Shown here piece by piece: positions 39,008-48,925 of a stretch of 64,000 nucleotides of DNA. How positions within the stretch are numbered: the first letter of the stretch is position 1; the number at the start of each line of letters is the position of its first letter. Both the position numbers and the translations under genes were made by a program. The DNA comes from Candidatus Dormibacteria bacterium (GTDB taxonomy: Bacteria > Chloroflexota > Dormibacteria > Aeolococcales > Aeolococcaceae), in contig JBEKKP010000020.1 of NCBI GenBank assembly GCA_050010655.1, forward strand, positions 404-64,403. The letters are read 5' to 3'. Under the pieces are notes generated by a model. It was not told where the DNA came from, searched no databases, and was given only the letters and a program-made list of their open reading frames with translations.

Positions 39008-40620
39008 GCATCGCCGCCGAACCGCGCACCGCAACGGGCACTGTGACGCGCATCCTTGTTGCCGACCCGATCGCTGAGGATGGCGTGACCCGTCTGCGCG
39101 CCGCAGGCGAGGTGGACGTGATGACAGGTCTCGAGCCGAGCGTGCTCCGCGAGCGCATCGGCGACTACGACGCGCTCGTCGTCCGCAGCGAGACGAAGGT
39201 CACGGCCGAGGTGTTCGCCGCAGCGCCGAAGTTGCGCGTGGTCGGACGGGCGGGTGTCGGTGTCGACAACATCGACATCGAAGCGGCGACCCGGCATGGC
39301 GTGCTCGTCCTCAACGCGCCGACTGGGAACACGATTGCTGCCACGGAGCACGTCATCGCGATGATGCTTGCGCTTGCGCGCAACCTCCCGGCGGCCGATC
39401 GCTCGCTGCACTCCGGCCTCTGGGAGCGCTCCAAATTCATGGGCATCGAGTTGCGCGAGAAGACGCTTGGCGTGCTCGGGCTTGGAAAGATCGGTTCCGA
39501 AGTTGCGCGCATCGCGCGCGAGGGATTGCGCATGCGGGTGCTCGCGCACGACCCGCTGGTCACCGCGGAACGCGCGCAGCAGGCCGGTGTCGAGCTCTGC
39601 GACTTCGAGACCTTGCTGACCGAATCCGACGTTCTCACCGTGCACGTGCCGCTGACCGACGCGACGCGCGGAGTCATCGGCGCTGCCGAGCTCAAGCGGA
39701 TGCGTAAGGGCGCGCGGCTGATCAACGTCGCACGCGGCGGCATCATCGATGAGCAGGCGCTCGCCGACGCGATCACCGAGGGCCACATCGCCGGGGCCGC
39801 CATCGACGTGTTCACCAAGGAACCGCCCGACCCGGCGAACCCGTTGCTCCAACTCGAGAAGGTGGTGCTGACGCCACATCTCGGCGCAAGCACACGCGAA
39901 GCCCAGGTCAATGTCGCCTTCGACGTCGCCGACCAGATCGTCGAGTACCTTGCGGGTGGAACGCCGCGCTACGCGGTCAACGCGCCGACAGTGTTGCCCG
40001 AGGAACTGGCCCGGCTGCAGCCGTATCTCGTCCTCGGCGAGAAGATCGGCTCGCTCGCGGCGCAGCTCGACGGGCGAAAGCTGCGCCATGTCGTGTGCAG
40101 CTACTCCGGCGAGCTCGCGGGGATTGATACGTCGATCATCACCGCGCACGTGTTGCGCGGGCTGTTCGCGCACTTCACCGAAACACGGGTGAACCCGGTC
40201 AACGCCAAGGTCGTGGCCACATCGATGGGTGTCGCCGTCGACGAGCGCCACACGACACGCAGTGTCGACCCCGAAGGAACGCTGCTCGTCGAAGTTGTGG
40301 GTGAGCAGACGCTTCGCATTGCCGGCACGCAGTTCGATGACGGGTCGCGGATCACGCGCATCAATGATTTCCGTGTTGACATGCAGCCGTCTGGCACTTA
40401 TCTGGTCGTGACGCACCAGGACCGTCCCGGCGTCATCGCCGCCGTCTCCACACTGCTCGCGCGCAACGACATCAATATCGCGGGTATCGAGCTGGGGAGA
40501 GACAGGCCGCGCGGCCATGCTGTGATGCTGATGGAGATCGACGATCCGGTTGGCCCGGAGCTGCTCGAGGAAGTGCGCGAGACCGCGATGCTCGACCAGC
40601 TGCGCCAGGTTCGGCTCTGA
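39004..40620 (+). CDS. serA: D-3-phosphoglycerate dehydrogenase
   Basis: RAGVGVDNID, GLGKIG, NVARGG, TPHLGAST, C-terminal ACT domain DRPGVI. Confidence 0.95.
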   Translation: MSIAAEPRTATGTVTRILVADPIAEDGVTRLRAAGEVDVMTGLEPSVLRERIGDYDALVVRSETKVTAEVFAAAPKLRVVGRAGVGVDNIDIEAATRHGVLVLNAPTGNTIAATEHVIAMMLALARNLPAADRSLHSGLWERSKFMGIELREKTLGVLGLGKIGSEVARIAREGLRMRVLAHDPLVTAERAQQAGVELCDFETLLTESDVLTVHVPLTDATRGVIGAAELKRMRKGARLINVARGGIIDEQALADAITEGHIAGAAIDVFTKEPPDPANPLLQLEKVVLTPHLGASTREAQVNVAFDVADQIVEYLAGGTPRYAVNAPTVLPEELARLQPYLVLGEKIGSLAAQLDGRKLRHVVCSYSGELAGIDTSIITAHVLRGLFAHFTETRVNPVNAKVVATSMGVAVDERHTTRSVDPEGTLLVEVVGEQTLRIAGTQFDDGSRITRINDFRVDMQPSGTYLVVTHQDRPGVIAAVSTLLARNDINIAGIELGRDRPRGHAVMLMEIDDPVGPELLEEVRETAMLDQLRQVRL

Positions 40621-40654
40621 CGCCTGACGCTCCGTCCGCGACGGAAGCACACTG

Positions 40655-41935
40655 ATGGCGGCAGTGCAGCCGTTTGCGGGGACGCGTTTCAACCCGGAGC
40701 ACGTGAAACTCGGTGGGGTGCTCGCGCCGCCGTATGACGTCATCACGCCGGCGCAGCGCGACGAGTTGTACGGCCGCGACCTGCGCAACATCGTGCGCAT
40801 CGACTGGGGCGTCACGTATCCCGCGGACATCGAAGGCGTCGACGATCAGTACACGCGCGCGGCGTCGTTTCTGACGTCATGGGTCGAGCTCGACATCCTG
40901 GTCAGGGATGCGCCCGCAGGCTTCTACGTGGTCGACCACTCGTTTCAACATCCCGACGGCGATGAGCGCCGGCGGCGCGGCGTGCTCGCCACGGTTGGCG
41001 CGAGGCCTTGGGAATCGTCAGACCTGCGTCCGCACGAGCGCACGCTTCGCGGCCCCAAGGCGGACCGGCTCGCGCTGATGCGGGCCACCCGAGCGCAGAC
41101 CAGCCCGATCTTCGCGGTGTGGACGGGCGCCGGCAATATTGCGCAGACGCTCGATGCTGTTGCGACCGGCCAGGCCTTGCTCGGTGGACGCATCGATGGT
41201 GAGATTGCCTCGGAGAAGTTGCTGCTCTGGCGCGTGGCGGATCCGGAACACGTCGCAGCGATCACCGCAGCTTTTCGCAGCGCCGCGCTCTACGTGGCAG
41301 ACGGCCACCATCGATACGAGACTGCGGCGGCATATGCGGCAGAGCGACGCGCGGCGGACCCGGACGCCCCCGACGACGCGCCGTTTGAGCGCTGCCTCGT
41401 GTATCTCACCGCGGCCGACGATCCGGGAATCACCATCCTGCCGACGCATCGGCTGGTGCGCCCCGGACCTGGCATCGCATTCAGTCTCGACGACCTGTGG
41501 GCGCGGCTCGACGATGCGTACGAGACGCTGCCCGCCGCAGACGGACGGGCAGCCCTCGCTGCGGCCGCGTCGATGCACGAGACGCACCACGCGTTTGCAG
41601 TCGTCGCTCACGATGGCGCAGCGGTGCTCCGTCGCCCACGGCGCTTCGACGGCTCTCCGCGCGACCGGCTCGACGTTGCCGTGCTTGAAACCGAGGTGCT
41701 CGGTCCCGCTGGGGTGTCGCGCGACATGATCAGCGGCGGCGCGCTCGCGTACACGCGCGATCCCGGAGAACTGGACGCCGCAGTCCGTCGCGGCGAAGCG
41801 ACGCTCGCATTCGGTGTCTCGCCGGTCAGCGCCGGCGAGGTCATCGCGGTAGCTGACGCCGGGGAGACGATGCCGCAGAAGTCCACGTACTTCTATCCGA
41901 AAGTGCCCACCGGGCTCGCGCTTTTCGAGGTGTGA
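40655..41935 (+). CDS. DUF1015 family protein
   Basis: APPYDVI, PHERT, ADGHHRY, PTHRLV, MPQKSTYFYPK. Confidence 0.9.
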   Translation: MAAVQPFAGTRFNPEHVKLGGVLAPPYDVITPAQRDELYGRDLRNIVRIDWGVTYPADIEGVDDQYTRAASFLTSWVELDILVRDAPAGFYVVDHSFQHPDGDERRRRGVLATVGARPWESSDLRPHERTLRGPKADRLALMRATRAQTSPIFAVWTGAGNIAQTLDAVATGQALLGGRIDGEIASEKLLLWRVADPEHVAAITAAFRSAALYVADGHHRYETAAAYAAERRAADPDAPDDAPFERCLVYLTAADDPGITILPTHRLVRPGPGIAFSLDDLWARLDDAYETLPAADGRAALAAAASMHETHHAFAVVAHDGAAVLRRPRRFDGSPRDRLDVAVLETEVLGPAGVSRDMISGGALAYTRDPGELDAAVRRGEATLAFGVSPVSAGEVIAVADAGETMPQKSTYFYPKVPTGLALFEV

Positions 41936-42021
41936 TCACGCCACTGCGACCTCGGTGTGTTTGGCACGAGGTCGCCAGCGGGTATTGTTGAAGCGTTCAA
42001 CCGCGAACAGGGAACCTTTGA

Positions 42022-42393
42022 TTGCCAACCTACGGATACCGCTGCCCACAGTGCTCGACTGAGTTCGAGGTGTGGCAGTCCATGCGCGACGATCCCGGCG
42101 CGCCCTGCCCCAACTGCGGCGCTGCCGCGACCCGGCAGTTCTTCCCGGCGGGGATCGTCTTCAAGGGTTCGGGCTTCTACAAGACCGACAGCCGGGGTGC
42201 GTCCTCGTCGTCGATCACGTCGGACAGCGGCGAGTCGAAGAGCGCTGCCAGCGCCAAGAACGACGGGGCCAAAGCCGACGGCGCGAAGGCAGACTCCGCA
42301 AAGTCCGACTCCTCGAAGTCCGAGAAGAAGACACCCGTATCCGAAGGTTCGACCACCACAACGAAATCCGCTTCGACTGACGCCGCCAGTTGA
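42022..42393 (+). CDS. FmdB family zinc-ribbon protein
   Basis: MPTYGYRCPQC...CPNCG...FKGSGFYKTD plus low-complexity tail. Confidence 0.9.
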   Translation: MPTYGYRCPQCSTEFEVWQSMRDDPGAPCPNCGAAATRQFFPAGIVFKGSGFYKTDSRGASSSSITSDSGESKSAASAKNDGAKADGAKADSAKSDSSKSEKKTPVSEGSTTTTKSASTDAAS

Positions 42394-42434
42394 GTACGAT
42401 GGATCAGCGGCTGCCCGACCACCAGGAGACCCAC

Positions 42435-42764
42435 ATGTCCCACCCGATCACCGTTACCGACACAACCTTCAAGGAAGAGGTGCTGGACTCGGATCTGCCC
42501 GTCTTGGTGGATTTCTGGGCCTCGTGGTGCACCCCCTGCAAGATGATCGCCCCGATCGTCGAGGAGTTCGCGACGCAGTACGAAGGTCAGGTCAAGGTCG
42601 CCAAGGTTGACGTTGACGCCAACCCGATCACGCCGGGAATGTTCGGCATCATGAGCATTCCCACGCTGATGATCTTCCGTGGCGGCAAGGCCGAGGAGCG
42701 CATCGTCGGCTACCAGCCGAAGCAGTCGCTCGAGGCCAAGCTGCTCGCCGTCCTCGCTGCCTGA
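42435..42764 (+). CDS. trxA: Thioredoxin
   Basis: VLVDFWASWCTPCKMIAP, MSIPTL; GGAG SD before ATG 42435. Confidence 0.92.
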   Translation: MSHPITVTDTTFKEEVLDSDLPVLVDFWASWCTPCKMIAPIVEEFATQYEGQVKVAKVDVDANPITPGMFGIMSIPTLMIFRGGKAEERIVGYQPKQSLEAKLLAVLAA

Positions 42765-42769
42765 ACCCC

Positions 42770-44047
42770 TCAGCCGCGCAATAGGTCGATCACCTCGCCG
42801 GCGAGGTAAAGCGAGCCGCACACCACGACAACGCCGTCGCGTCCGGCACGTTGGCGTGCACGGTCGAGTGCTGTGCCAACGTCGCCGGCGATCTCGGCGG
42901 GTGGATCGAAGAGCCGGGCGAGCTCGGCCGGTGGCGTCGCGCGTTCCACGGCCGGAGCGGTGACCACGATGTCGTGCGTCAGCTCCGCGAGCCCGGCCGC
43001 CATCGATTCGACGTCCTTGTTGCGCATCGCCGCGAACACGGCGATGCACCGCCGGCCCCCGATCAGCTCACGTGCGGACGCCACCATCGCGGCCATGCCG
43101 GCCGGGTTGTGGGCGCCGTCGATCAAGAGCGGCGGCTCGGAGTCGATCCAGTCCATGCGGCCCGGCCAGCGCACCGTCGCGCAGCCACGGCTCACTGCGC
43201 TCGGATCGATGTCGACGCCACGCTTCCTGAGCGCGTCGCTGACCGCGACGGCTGTGGCGATGTTCGCGACCTGAAAGGCGCCTCGAAGCGGCGCTTGCAC
43301 AGCAATCGGGTTTCCGTCGAACACCGTCTCAACTTCGACGCCGCCCAGCCCCACCGATCGTCCCGTGAAGGTGACATCCTCGCCGACGACCGTGAGCGTC
43401 ACGCCCACCGTTTCGGCGCGGGCTCGGATCACCGCCAAAGCGGGCTCCGTCGCTCCGGTCACGGCCAGGTTGCCTGGTTTGATGATCGCCGCCTTCTCTC
43501 GGGCGATTTCAGGGATCGTGTCCCCGAGCAGGTCCTGGTGATCGAGGGCGACGTTGGTCACGACCGCGACGCCGAGATCGAGCACGTTGGTGCTGTCGAG
43601 ACGTCCCCCGAGCCCGACCTCGCACACCAGAACCTCGGCATCGGCTTCGCGTGCCGCGAGAATGCCGGCGGCGGTGAGCACCTCGAACCCGGTTGGCTGG
43701 AGTTCCTCAGGCAAAGCTTCGGCGGCGGTCCAGACACGATCGACGAGTGCGCCGAAATCCGTCTCGGCGATGGGCACGCCACCAACAACAATCCGCTCGG
43801 TGTACGAAACGAGGTGCGGGCTGGTCAGAAGGACCGTTCGATAGCCCGCGGCGCGGCAGATCGATTCGACCGTGGCGCACACCGACCCCTTGCCGTTGGT
43901 GCCCGCCACCAAGGCGCCGCGGAGCCCCGTCTGCGGGTTGCCAAGAGCCGCGAGCAGTGCTCGGGTGCGTTCCAGCCCGGGCATGATGCCGCGCCACGCG
44001 ACCGAGTCCAGTGCCGCCACCGCACGGTCGTACGTTGTCGCGGTCAC
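42770..44047 (-). CDS. folC: Folylpolyglutamate synthase / dihydrofolate synthase
   Basis: VAGTNGKGS, TSPHL, EVGLGGRLDSTN, WPGR, IDGAHNP, GSLYL. Confidence 0.94.
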   Translation of the reverse strand: MTATTYDRAVAALDSVAWRGIMPGLERTRALLAALGNPQTGLRGALVAGTNGKGSVCATVESICRAAGYRTVLLTSPHLVSYTERIVVGGVPIAETDFGALVDRVWTAAEALPEELQPTGFEVLTAAGILAAREADAEVLVCEVGLGGRLDSTNVLDLGVAVVTNVALDHQDLLGDTIPEIAREKAAIIKPGNLAVTGATEPALAVIRARAETVGVTLTVVGEDVTFTGRSVGLGGVEVETVFDGNPIAVQAPLRGAFQVANIATAVAVSDALRKRGVDIDPSAVSRGCATVRWPGRMDWIDSEPPLLIDGAHNPAGMAAMVASARELIGGRRCIAVFAAMRNKDVESMAAGLAELTHDIVVTAPAVERATPPAELARLFDPPAEIAGDVGTALDRARQRAGRDGVVVVCGSLYLAGEVIDLLRG

Positions 44048-44601
44048 GCCCAGTGCCACGCCTCGTTCATCGCCTCGCCGGGATCCGGACGGCTGATGAG
44101 CAGGCGGAGCGCCCCCATCCAGGCGCGTCGCCGGTCCGACGGGTCCTCGACGGCTTCGATCGCGAGGTCGCGGAACAGGCAACCCGTCTGGTGCGCCAGC
44201 ACCGCCTGCAGCTCCTGATACTCGAGGAGTCCGGAGGCATCCACAATCGCGGCCCGGCCGCCATCCGCGTTGATCACCAGCCTGAAGACCCGCCCCTGGT
44301 TGTCGTCGAATGTCGAGCGCGGTGTGATGCCGATCACGCCGATTTTCGGGATGAGCCCGGCGACGCGATCCAGCCACGCGCGTTGCGAGTCCCCGGAGGC
44401 TTCGACCGCGGTATCGACGAACAGTTCGCCGGCCAGCGAGAGCACGGCTGTCTGGAACTGCGTGTAGTACAGGAGATCGGCGCCGTTGAGCGCGACACTG
44501 CCCACGTCGGTGCCGTCGTCGGCCGTGAAGGTGACCATGAACGGGCGCGCGTACGGCTTGCGCGCCTCCTGCTCACTCCAGCGAATACGCAGCGATGGCA
44601 T
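44044..44601 (-). CDS. Hypothetical protein with internal duplication, inside the fol operon
   Basis: Lies between folD and folC and overlaps the folC start; two similar halves. Confidence 0.7.
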   Translation of the reverse strand: MPSLRIRWSEQEARKPYARPFMVTFTADDGTDVGSVALNGADLLYYTQFQTAVLSLAGELFVDTAVEASGDSQRAWLDRVAGLIPKIGVIGITPRSTFDDNQGRVFRLVINADGGRAAIVDASGLLEYQELQAVLAHQTGCLFRDLAIEAVEDPSDRRRAWMGALRLLISRPDPGEAMNEAWHWA

Positions 44602-44606
44602 CGGCG

Positions 44607-45473
44607 TCAGACCCGTGCCAGCGCGCGGCGAGCTCTCGCCAGGGCCAGCACGTTGCGCAGCAACATCGCGATCGTCATCGGCCCAACCCCGCCGGGAACG
44701 GGCGTGAGCCACCCGGCGACCGGTTCCACCGATTGGCGGTCGACATCACCGAGGACGACGCCATCACGCGGCGTCGTGCCGACGTCGATCACGAATGCGC
44801 CTGGCTTCACGTAGGACGCGTCGACCATGCCTGGGCGCCCGATCGCGCTCACCAGGATGTCTGCCTCACGGCAGACGGCGGCGAGATCCGGCGTCCTCGA
44901 ATGACAGATCGTGACCGTGGAATCCGCGTTGGTGAGCATCAACGCGATGGGGCGCCCCACGATGGCGCTCCGCCCGATGACCACCGACCGGCTGCCCCGG
45001 ATCGGCACGTCACTTCGCCGGAGCAACTCCATGCAGCCGAGCGGCGTCCCCGGCGCCACCACGGCCGCGTGGCCTTCGGCGAGGCGACCGAAGTTATATG
45101 GGTGGAACCCGTCGGCGTCCTTCTCCGGCGAGATGCACGCGGTCACCGACTCGGCGTCGACGTGTTTGGGAAGGGGCAGTTGCACGAGGATTCCGTCGAT
45201 GCTCTCGTCGGCATCGAGCGAGCGCACGAGCGCCACAAGCTCCGCGGTGGTGCTCTCTCCCGACGGCCGGTGGAGGGCGAAGGTGACCCCGGCGCGCTCG
45301 GCAGCGCGGCCCTTGTTGCGCACGTAGATCGCGGATGCAGGGTCGTCGCCGCAGAGCACCACGGCGAGTGACGGTGGGCGGCTGCCGTCCCGCGTCATGG
45401 CCACGATATCGGCGGCGAGCTCCTCGCGAAGCTCGGCAGCGACGGCCCTGCCGTCAACGATGGTTGCGCTCAT
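44607..45473 (-). CDS. folD: Methylenetetrahydrofolate dehydrogenase/cyclohydrolase
   Basis: YVRNK, GILVQLPLP, KDADGFHP, GRSAIVGRP, TPVPGGVGPMT. Confidence 0.96.
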   Translation of the reverse strand: MSATIVDGRAVAAELREELAADIVAMTRDGSRPPSLAVVLCGDDPASAIYVRNKGRAAERAGVTFALHRPSGESTTAELVALVRSLDADESIDGILVQLPLPKHVDAESVTACISPEKDADGFHPYNFGRLAEGHAAVVAPGTPLGCMELLRRSDVPIRGSRSVVIGRSAIVGRPIALMLTNADSTVTICHSRTPDLAAVCREADILVSAIGRPGMVDASYVKPGAFVIDVGTTPRDGVVLGDVDRQSVEPVAGWLTPVPGGVGPMTIAMLLRNVLALARARRALARV

Positions 45474-45850
45474 GCGGAACTCCCTTCCCGGAATCGCTCG
45501 ATGATCACCGAGCAGCGGTCGATCGCTCCCGCAATCGGAGGCTGTTTGCCGACCTTGACCTTGACGCTGTCGACGCCAGGCTCGGCGAGCAGGCTTGCCG
45601 CGATACGCGCGGCGATTGCCTCGATCAGGCTGTACTGCTGGTCTTCGACCACCTCGCGGACCAGGTTGAAGGCCCGCGAATAGTCGACTGTGTCGGCGAT
45701 GTCGTCGGTCCGCCCGGCTTGTGCGAGCTCCATACGCAACTCGACGTCGACGTGGAATCGGTTGCCCAGGGTTCGCTCGGCCTGCGTTTCCCCGTGGTAG
45801 CCGTAGAACGACATACCTTCGAGAACGAGCAGATCAGTGGAGCCTGGCAC
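45470..45850 (-). CDS. folB: Dihydroneopterin aldolase
   Basis: FYGYHG...ER.LGNRF, DTVDYS, LIEAIA. Confidence 0.93.
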   Translation of the reverse strand: MPGSTDLLVLEGMSFYGYHGETQAERTLGNRFHVDVELRMELAQAGRTDDIADTVDYSRAFNLVREVVEDQQYSLIEAIAARIAASLLAEPGVDSVKVKVGKQPPIAGAIDRCSVIIERFREGSSA

Positions 45851-45923
45851 GGCGCGATTGTACGAAGGGGTGCCATGGACGACGGCGGGACCGGCTCCTG
45901 CGATCGGTGCGTGAGGGCGCGCC

Positions 45924-46193
45924 TCAGACTCCGCGAACGCCACCCTCGGGTCGCAACACCTGCTCGCGATGGTCCACGGGATTGACCATCACGACCTGGA
46001 AGAGATCCTCGAAGTCACACGCGAACAGCTGCATCAACGACTGGCGCAGCTTCGGCCCCGGGTTGCGTGTGCCTGCCTCGAGTGCGGGAATGTAGTTCTG
46101 CGTGACCCCGAGGCGGCGAGCAAGCTCGCGCTGGGTCAGATGATGCTTGTCGCGCATCGCTCGCAGACCGACGGCCCTCACCTCGACATTCAC
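45924..46193 (-). CDS. XRE-family HTH transcriptional regulator
   Basis: LTQRELARRLGVTQNYIPALEAGTRNP. Confidence 0.85.
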   Translation of the reverse strand: MNVEVRAVGLRAMRDKHHLTQRELARRLGVTQNYIPALEAGTRNPGPKLRQSLMQLFACDFEDLFQVVMVNPVDHREQVLRPEGGVRGV

Positions 46194-46289
46194 ACGGACA
46201 AATATACCCACCTGTGAGTGTGTTCGTCAACGCAACGGTGCCGTGGAGACGGGCTGGAAGTCGGTTTCCGCCGCTGATAAGCTCATGCC

Positions 46290-46529
46290 GTGACCGCTCG
46301 ATCCACATACGCAGTGGCGATTGCGACGTTTGTTGTGACCACGTTGATCGCAGTGCTCGTCCTGGGCAATTCGCTTCGGTCGGCCACGTGCCAGGCGGGA
46401 TGGACGGGATATGTGCCGCTTGGGACATGCCCCAAGACGTTCTGGTCGGCGGCGTACTTCGTTGGTCCGGCGATCGGGTTGGTGGCCGGCGCCGCTGTCA
46501 CGTGGAGACGTCGGGCGACGTATTCCTAG
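46290..46529 (+). CDS. Small two-TM hypothetical protein
   Basis: Two hydrophobic helices around a Cys pair; divergent from the XRE gene. Confidence 0.5.
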   Translation: MTARSTYAVAIATFVVTTLIAVLVLGNSLRSATCQAGWTGYVPLGTCPKTFWSAAYFVGPAIGLVAGAAVTWRRRATYS

Positions 46530-46582
46530 CGGCGATCTCCTCGACGTTCACAGGCCGTTGACTGATTCCTCTACCGCTGGCC

Positions 46583-47113
46583 ATGACTGACATCCCTCGC
46601 GCCCCGCTCCATACCGAGCGGCTTGTCCTGGAGCCCGTATCCCACGCACACGACGCCGACCTTTTCCAGGCGTCACTCGAGTCTCGGACCGAGCTGCTGC
46701 CATGGATGCCATGGGCTGTCGATCTCTCGATGGAGACCCAGTCCGCCTACGCCGATCGGGCGCTCCCGGAGTGGAACGCGGGATCGCCGGCCTACGCGAT
46801 CACCGAGCATGGCGTGGCGATCGGGGTCATCGGCCTGATCCGCATCACCGACACCGAGTACGAGATCCACTACTGGCTCGCAACCGACAGAACGGGACGG
46901 GGCTACGTCACCGAAGCCGCCAAAGCCCTCCTTGAGTGGGCCCCGGGTGCGCTCGGGGCGAAGCGCGTCGTCCTCCACGCCGGCATGGAGAATCGACGCA
47001 GCCTCGCCATCGCGGAGCGGCTCGGCTTCACCCGCGACGGCGAGCTCGAGGGAGGGATGACTGGCGGGAGTGTCGCCATCTTTCCCGCATTCAGCCATCA
47101 CCTGGATCTTTAG
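46583..47113 (+). CDS. GNAT (RimJ/RimL type) acetyltransferase
   Basis: TERLVL, WMPW, YWL...GRGYVTEA, NRRSLAIAERLGF. Confidence 0.88.
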   Translation: MTDIPRAPLHTERLVLEPVSHAHDADLFQASLESRTELLPWMPWAVDLSMETQSAYADRALPEWNAGSPAYAITEHGVAIGVIGLIRITDTEYEIHYWLATDRTGRGYVTEAAKALLEWAPGALGAKRVVLHAGMENRRSLAIAERLGFTRDGELEGGMTGGSVAIFPAFSHHLDL

Positions 47114-47973
47114 CCATTGCGCTTGAGCAGTCCGAGCTTCTTTGCGCGCCGCTCCGCGCGAGCGAACACCCATACCCCTGCCGGAATCAGCACGGCCCCC
47201 ATCACGAGGAGCACGAGGATGGTGCCGAGCAGTGAGCCGATGCCCGCGTTGCTGAGCAGCGCGGAACGGATCCCGCTCAGCGTGTACGTCAGGGGCGACG
47301 CCTGACCCATCACGCGCAGCACGCCGGGCAACACCGTGATCGGGTAGTACACGCCTGAGACGAGCAGCAGCACGCCCTGCACCGCGACCGCCATCTGCTC
47401 ACCTTTCTCGGGTGAGAGCAACGGCAGGATGGACGTGAAGATGCCGAGGCCGAGCACCGGGAATGTCGCAGCCGCGAGCACAAGCAGCGCGGAGCCGACG
47501 TTCGCATTGGAGAGATCCAGGTGGAACGCCAGCGCGATCGCGATCAGGATGATCACGCTGCGCAGGAGCGCATACACGATCGCAAACGAGCAGATCCCGA
47601 GCAGATGCGTCACCCGCCGTACCGGCGCCATGAACGTGTACTCGATGGTGCCTTCCCAACGCTCCCACGCGATTGCGAAGGACACGTCGAAGAACATCAG
47701 CGACAGATAGCTCCACAGCAGCGAGCCGACGAGCAGATACAACTGCGCCCGGGCGATATCCACGTGCGCGTTCGCTCCACTGAACGATCCCAGCCCGGAC
47801 GCCAGGTAGCCGATGCTCAGCGTGCTCACGATGCTGTACACCAGCCACACGACTTCCCAGATCCAGTAACGCTTGTAGAGGTTTCGCTGGCGTTCGAAGA
47901 ACCCCAGGAACGCGTTTGCCTCAAAGCGCAAGCCCGGCGACGGCATCTCGACGTCGCGTACCTGCGTGCTCAT
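47110..47973 (-). CDS. ABC-2 type transporter permease
   Basis: ERWEGTIEY, SGVYYP...LP, PLTY; multiple TM segments. Confidence 0.9.
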   Translation of the reverse strand: MSTQVRDVEMPSPGLRFEANAFLGFFERQRNLYKRYWIWEVVWLVYSIVSTLSIGYLASGLGSFSGANAHVDIARAQLYLLVGSLLWSYLSLMFFDVSFAIAWERWEGTIEYTFMAPVRRVTHLLGICSFAIVYALLRSVIILIAIALAFHLDLSNANVGSALLVLAAATFPVLGLGIFTSILPLLSPEKGEQMAVAVQGVLLLVSGVYYPITVLPGVLRVMGQASPLTYTLSGIRSALLSNAGIGSLLGTILVLLVMGAVLIPAGVWVFARAERRAKKLGLLKRNG

Positions 47974-48821
47974 GATTGGTCCTCCTCTTCAGATTCACTG
48001 TCGTCATCGAACGTCTTGCCGGTGAGACGCAGGAACACGTCTTCCAGCGATGCACCGTCACCGCTCAGGCTGTGCTGGGCACGCAATGCGGCCGGCGAGC
48101 CCTCAGCGAGAATCCGGCCGCGGTCGAGGATGATCACGCGGTCGCAGAGCCGCTCTGCCTCCTCGAGATCGTGGGTGCTGAGCAGCACGGTCACGCCCGA
48201 CTGCTCACGGATGTCGCGCACGAATCCCTGCACCTCGCGCTTCGAGCGCGGGTCAAGGCCGGTCGTCGGCTCGTCCATCAACAGCAGCGATGGGCTCGTC
48301 AGGAGGCTGCGCGCGATCGCAACCTTCTGCTGCTGCCCGCGCGACAGCTGCTTCATCGGCTTGTCGATGGTGTCTCGTGGAAGCCCGAGGCGTGTCAGCG
48401 CCGCAACCGCCGCATCGCGGTTGCCCTTGCCGCCCTGCCCGTAGAGACGTGTTGCGTAGGAGAGGTTCTCCCACGGGCTCATCTCTTTGAAAAAGCTTGC
48501 CTCCACCGAGACGCGATTCACATGACGGCGCACCTCATGGCCGTCGTCGACCACGTCATGCCCGAACACGCGCGCCGTGCCTTCGTCTGGGATCGTCAGC
48601 GTTGCGAGGACGCGAAGCAATGTCGATTTGCCGCTGCCGTTGAGCCCGACGATCGCGACCATCTCACCGTCCTTGACGAGAAGATCGACCGAATCGACGG
48701 CGCGCTTGGGCTGGCTCGATTGCTCGCGCCGTTTCCACGGACGTCCGCGTCGCTCCCTCCGGAACGATTTGACCAGCTGTGTCACTTCGACGGCTACGCC
48801 GCCGTTACCTACCCTGGACAC
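47970..48821 (-). CDS. ABC transporter ATP-binding protein
   Basis: GLNGSGKST, LSRGQ, DEPTTGLDP, STHDL. Confidence 0.93.
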   Translation of the reverse strand: MSRVGNGGVAVEVTQLVKSFRRERRGRPWKRREQSSQPKRAVDSVDLLVKDGEMVAIVGLNGSGKSTLLRVLATLTIPDEGTARVFGHDVVDDGHEVRRHVNRVSVEASFFKEMSPWENLSYATRLYGQGGKGNRDAAVAALTRLGLPRDTIDKPMKQLSRGQQQKVAIARSLLTSPSLLLMDEPTTGLDPRSKREVQGFVRDIREQSGVTVLLSTHDLEEAERLCDRVIILDRGRILAEGSPAALRAQHSLSGDGASLEDVFLRLTGKTFDDDSESEEEDQS

Positions 48822-48855
48822 CGATTTCTCCTACTCACATTCATGTTTCTTCTGG

Positions 48856-48895
48856 ACAAACAAAAAGGACCGTGCCGACCCGGGCCGCACGATCC
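48856..48895 (-). terminator. Intrinsic terminator inside the ABC operon leader (putative attenuator)
   Basis: Minus strand GGATCGTGC-N11-GCACGGTCC-TTTTTGTTTG, about 35 nt before the ABC start. Confidence 0.75.
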
Positions 48896-48925
48896 TGTGA
48901 GCGGAGCTATTCGATGCTCAGATAC

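Noticed and set aside
42200-42390. DGAKA/DSAKS repeats in the FmdB protein tail
   Set aside because: Low-complexity tails are common in this family
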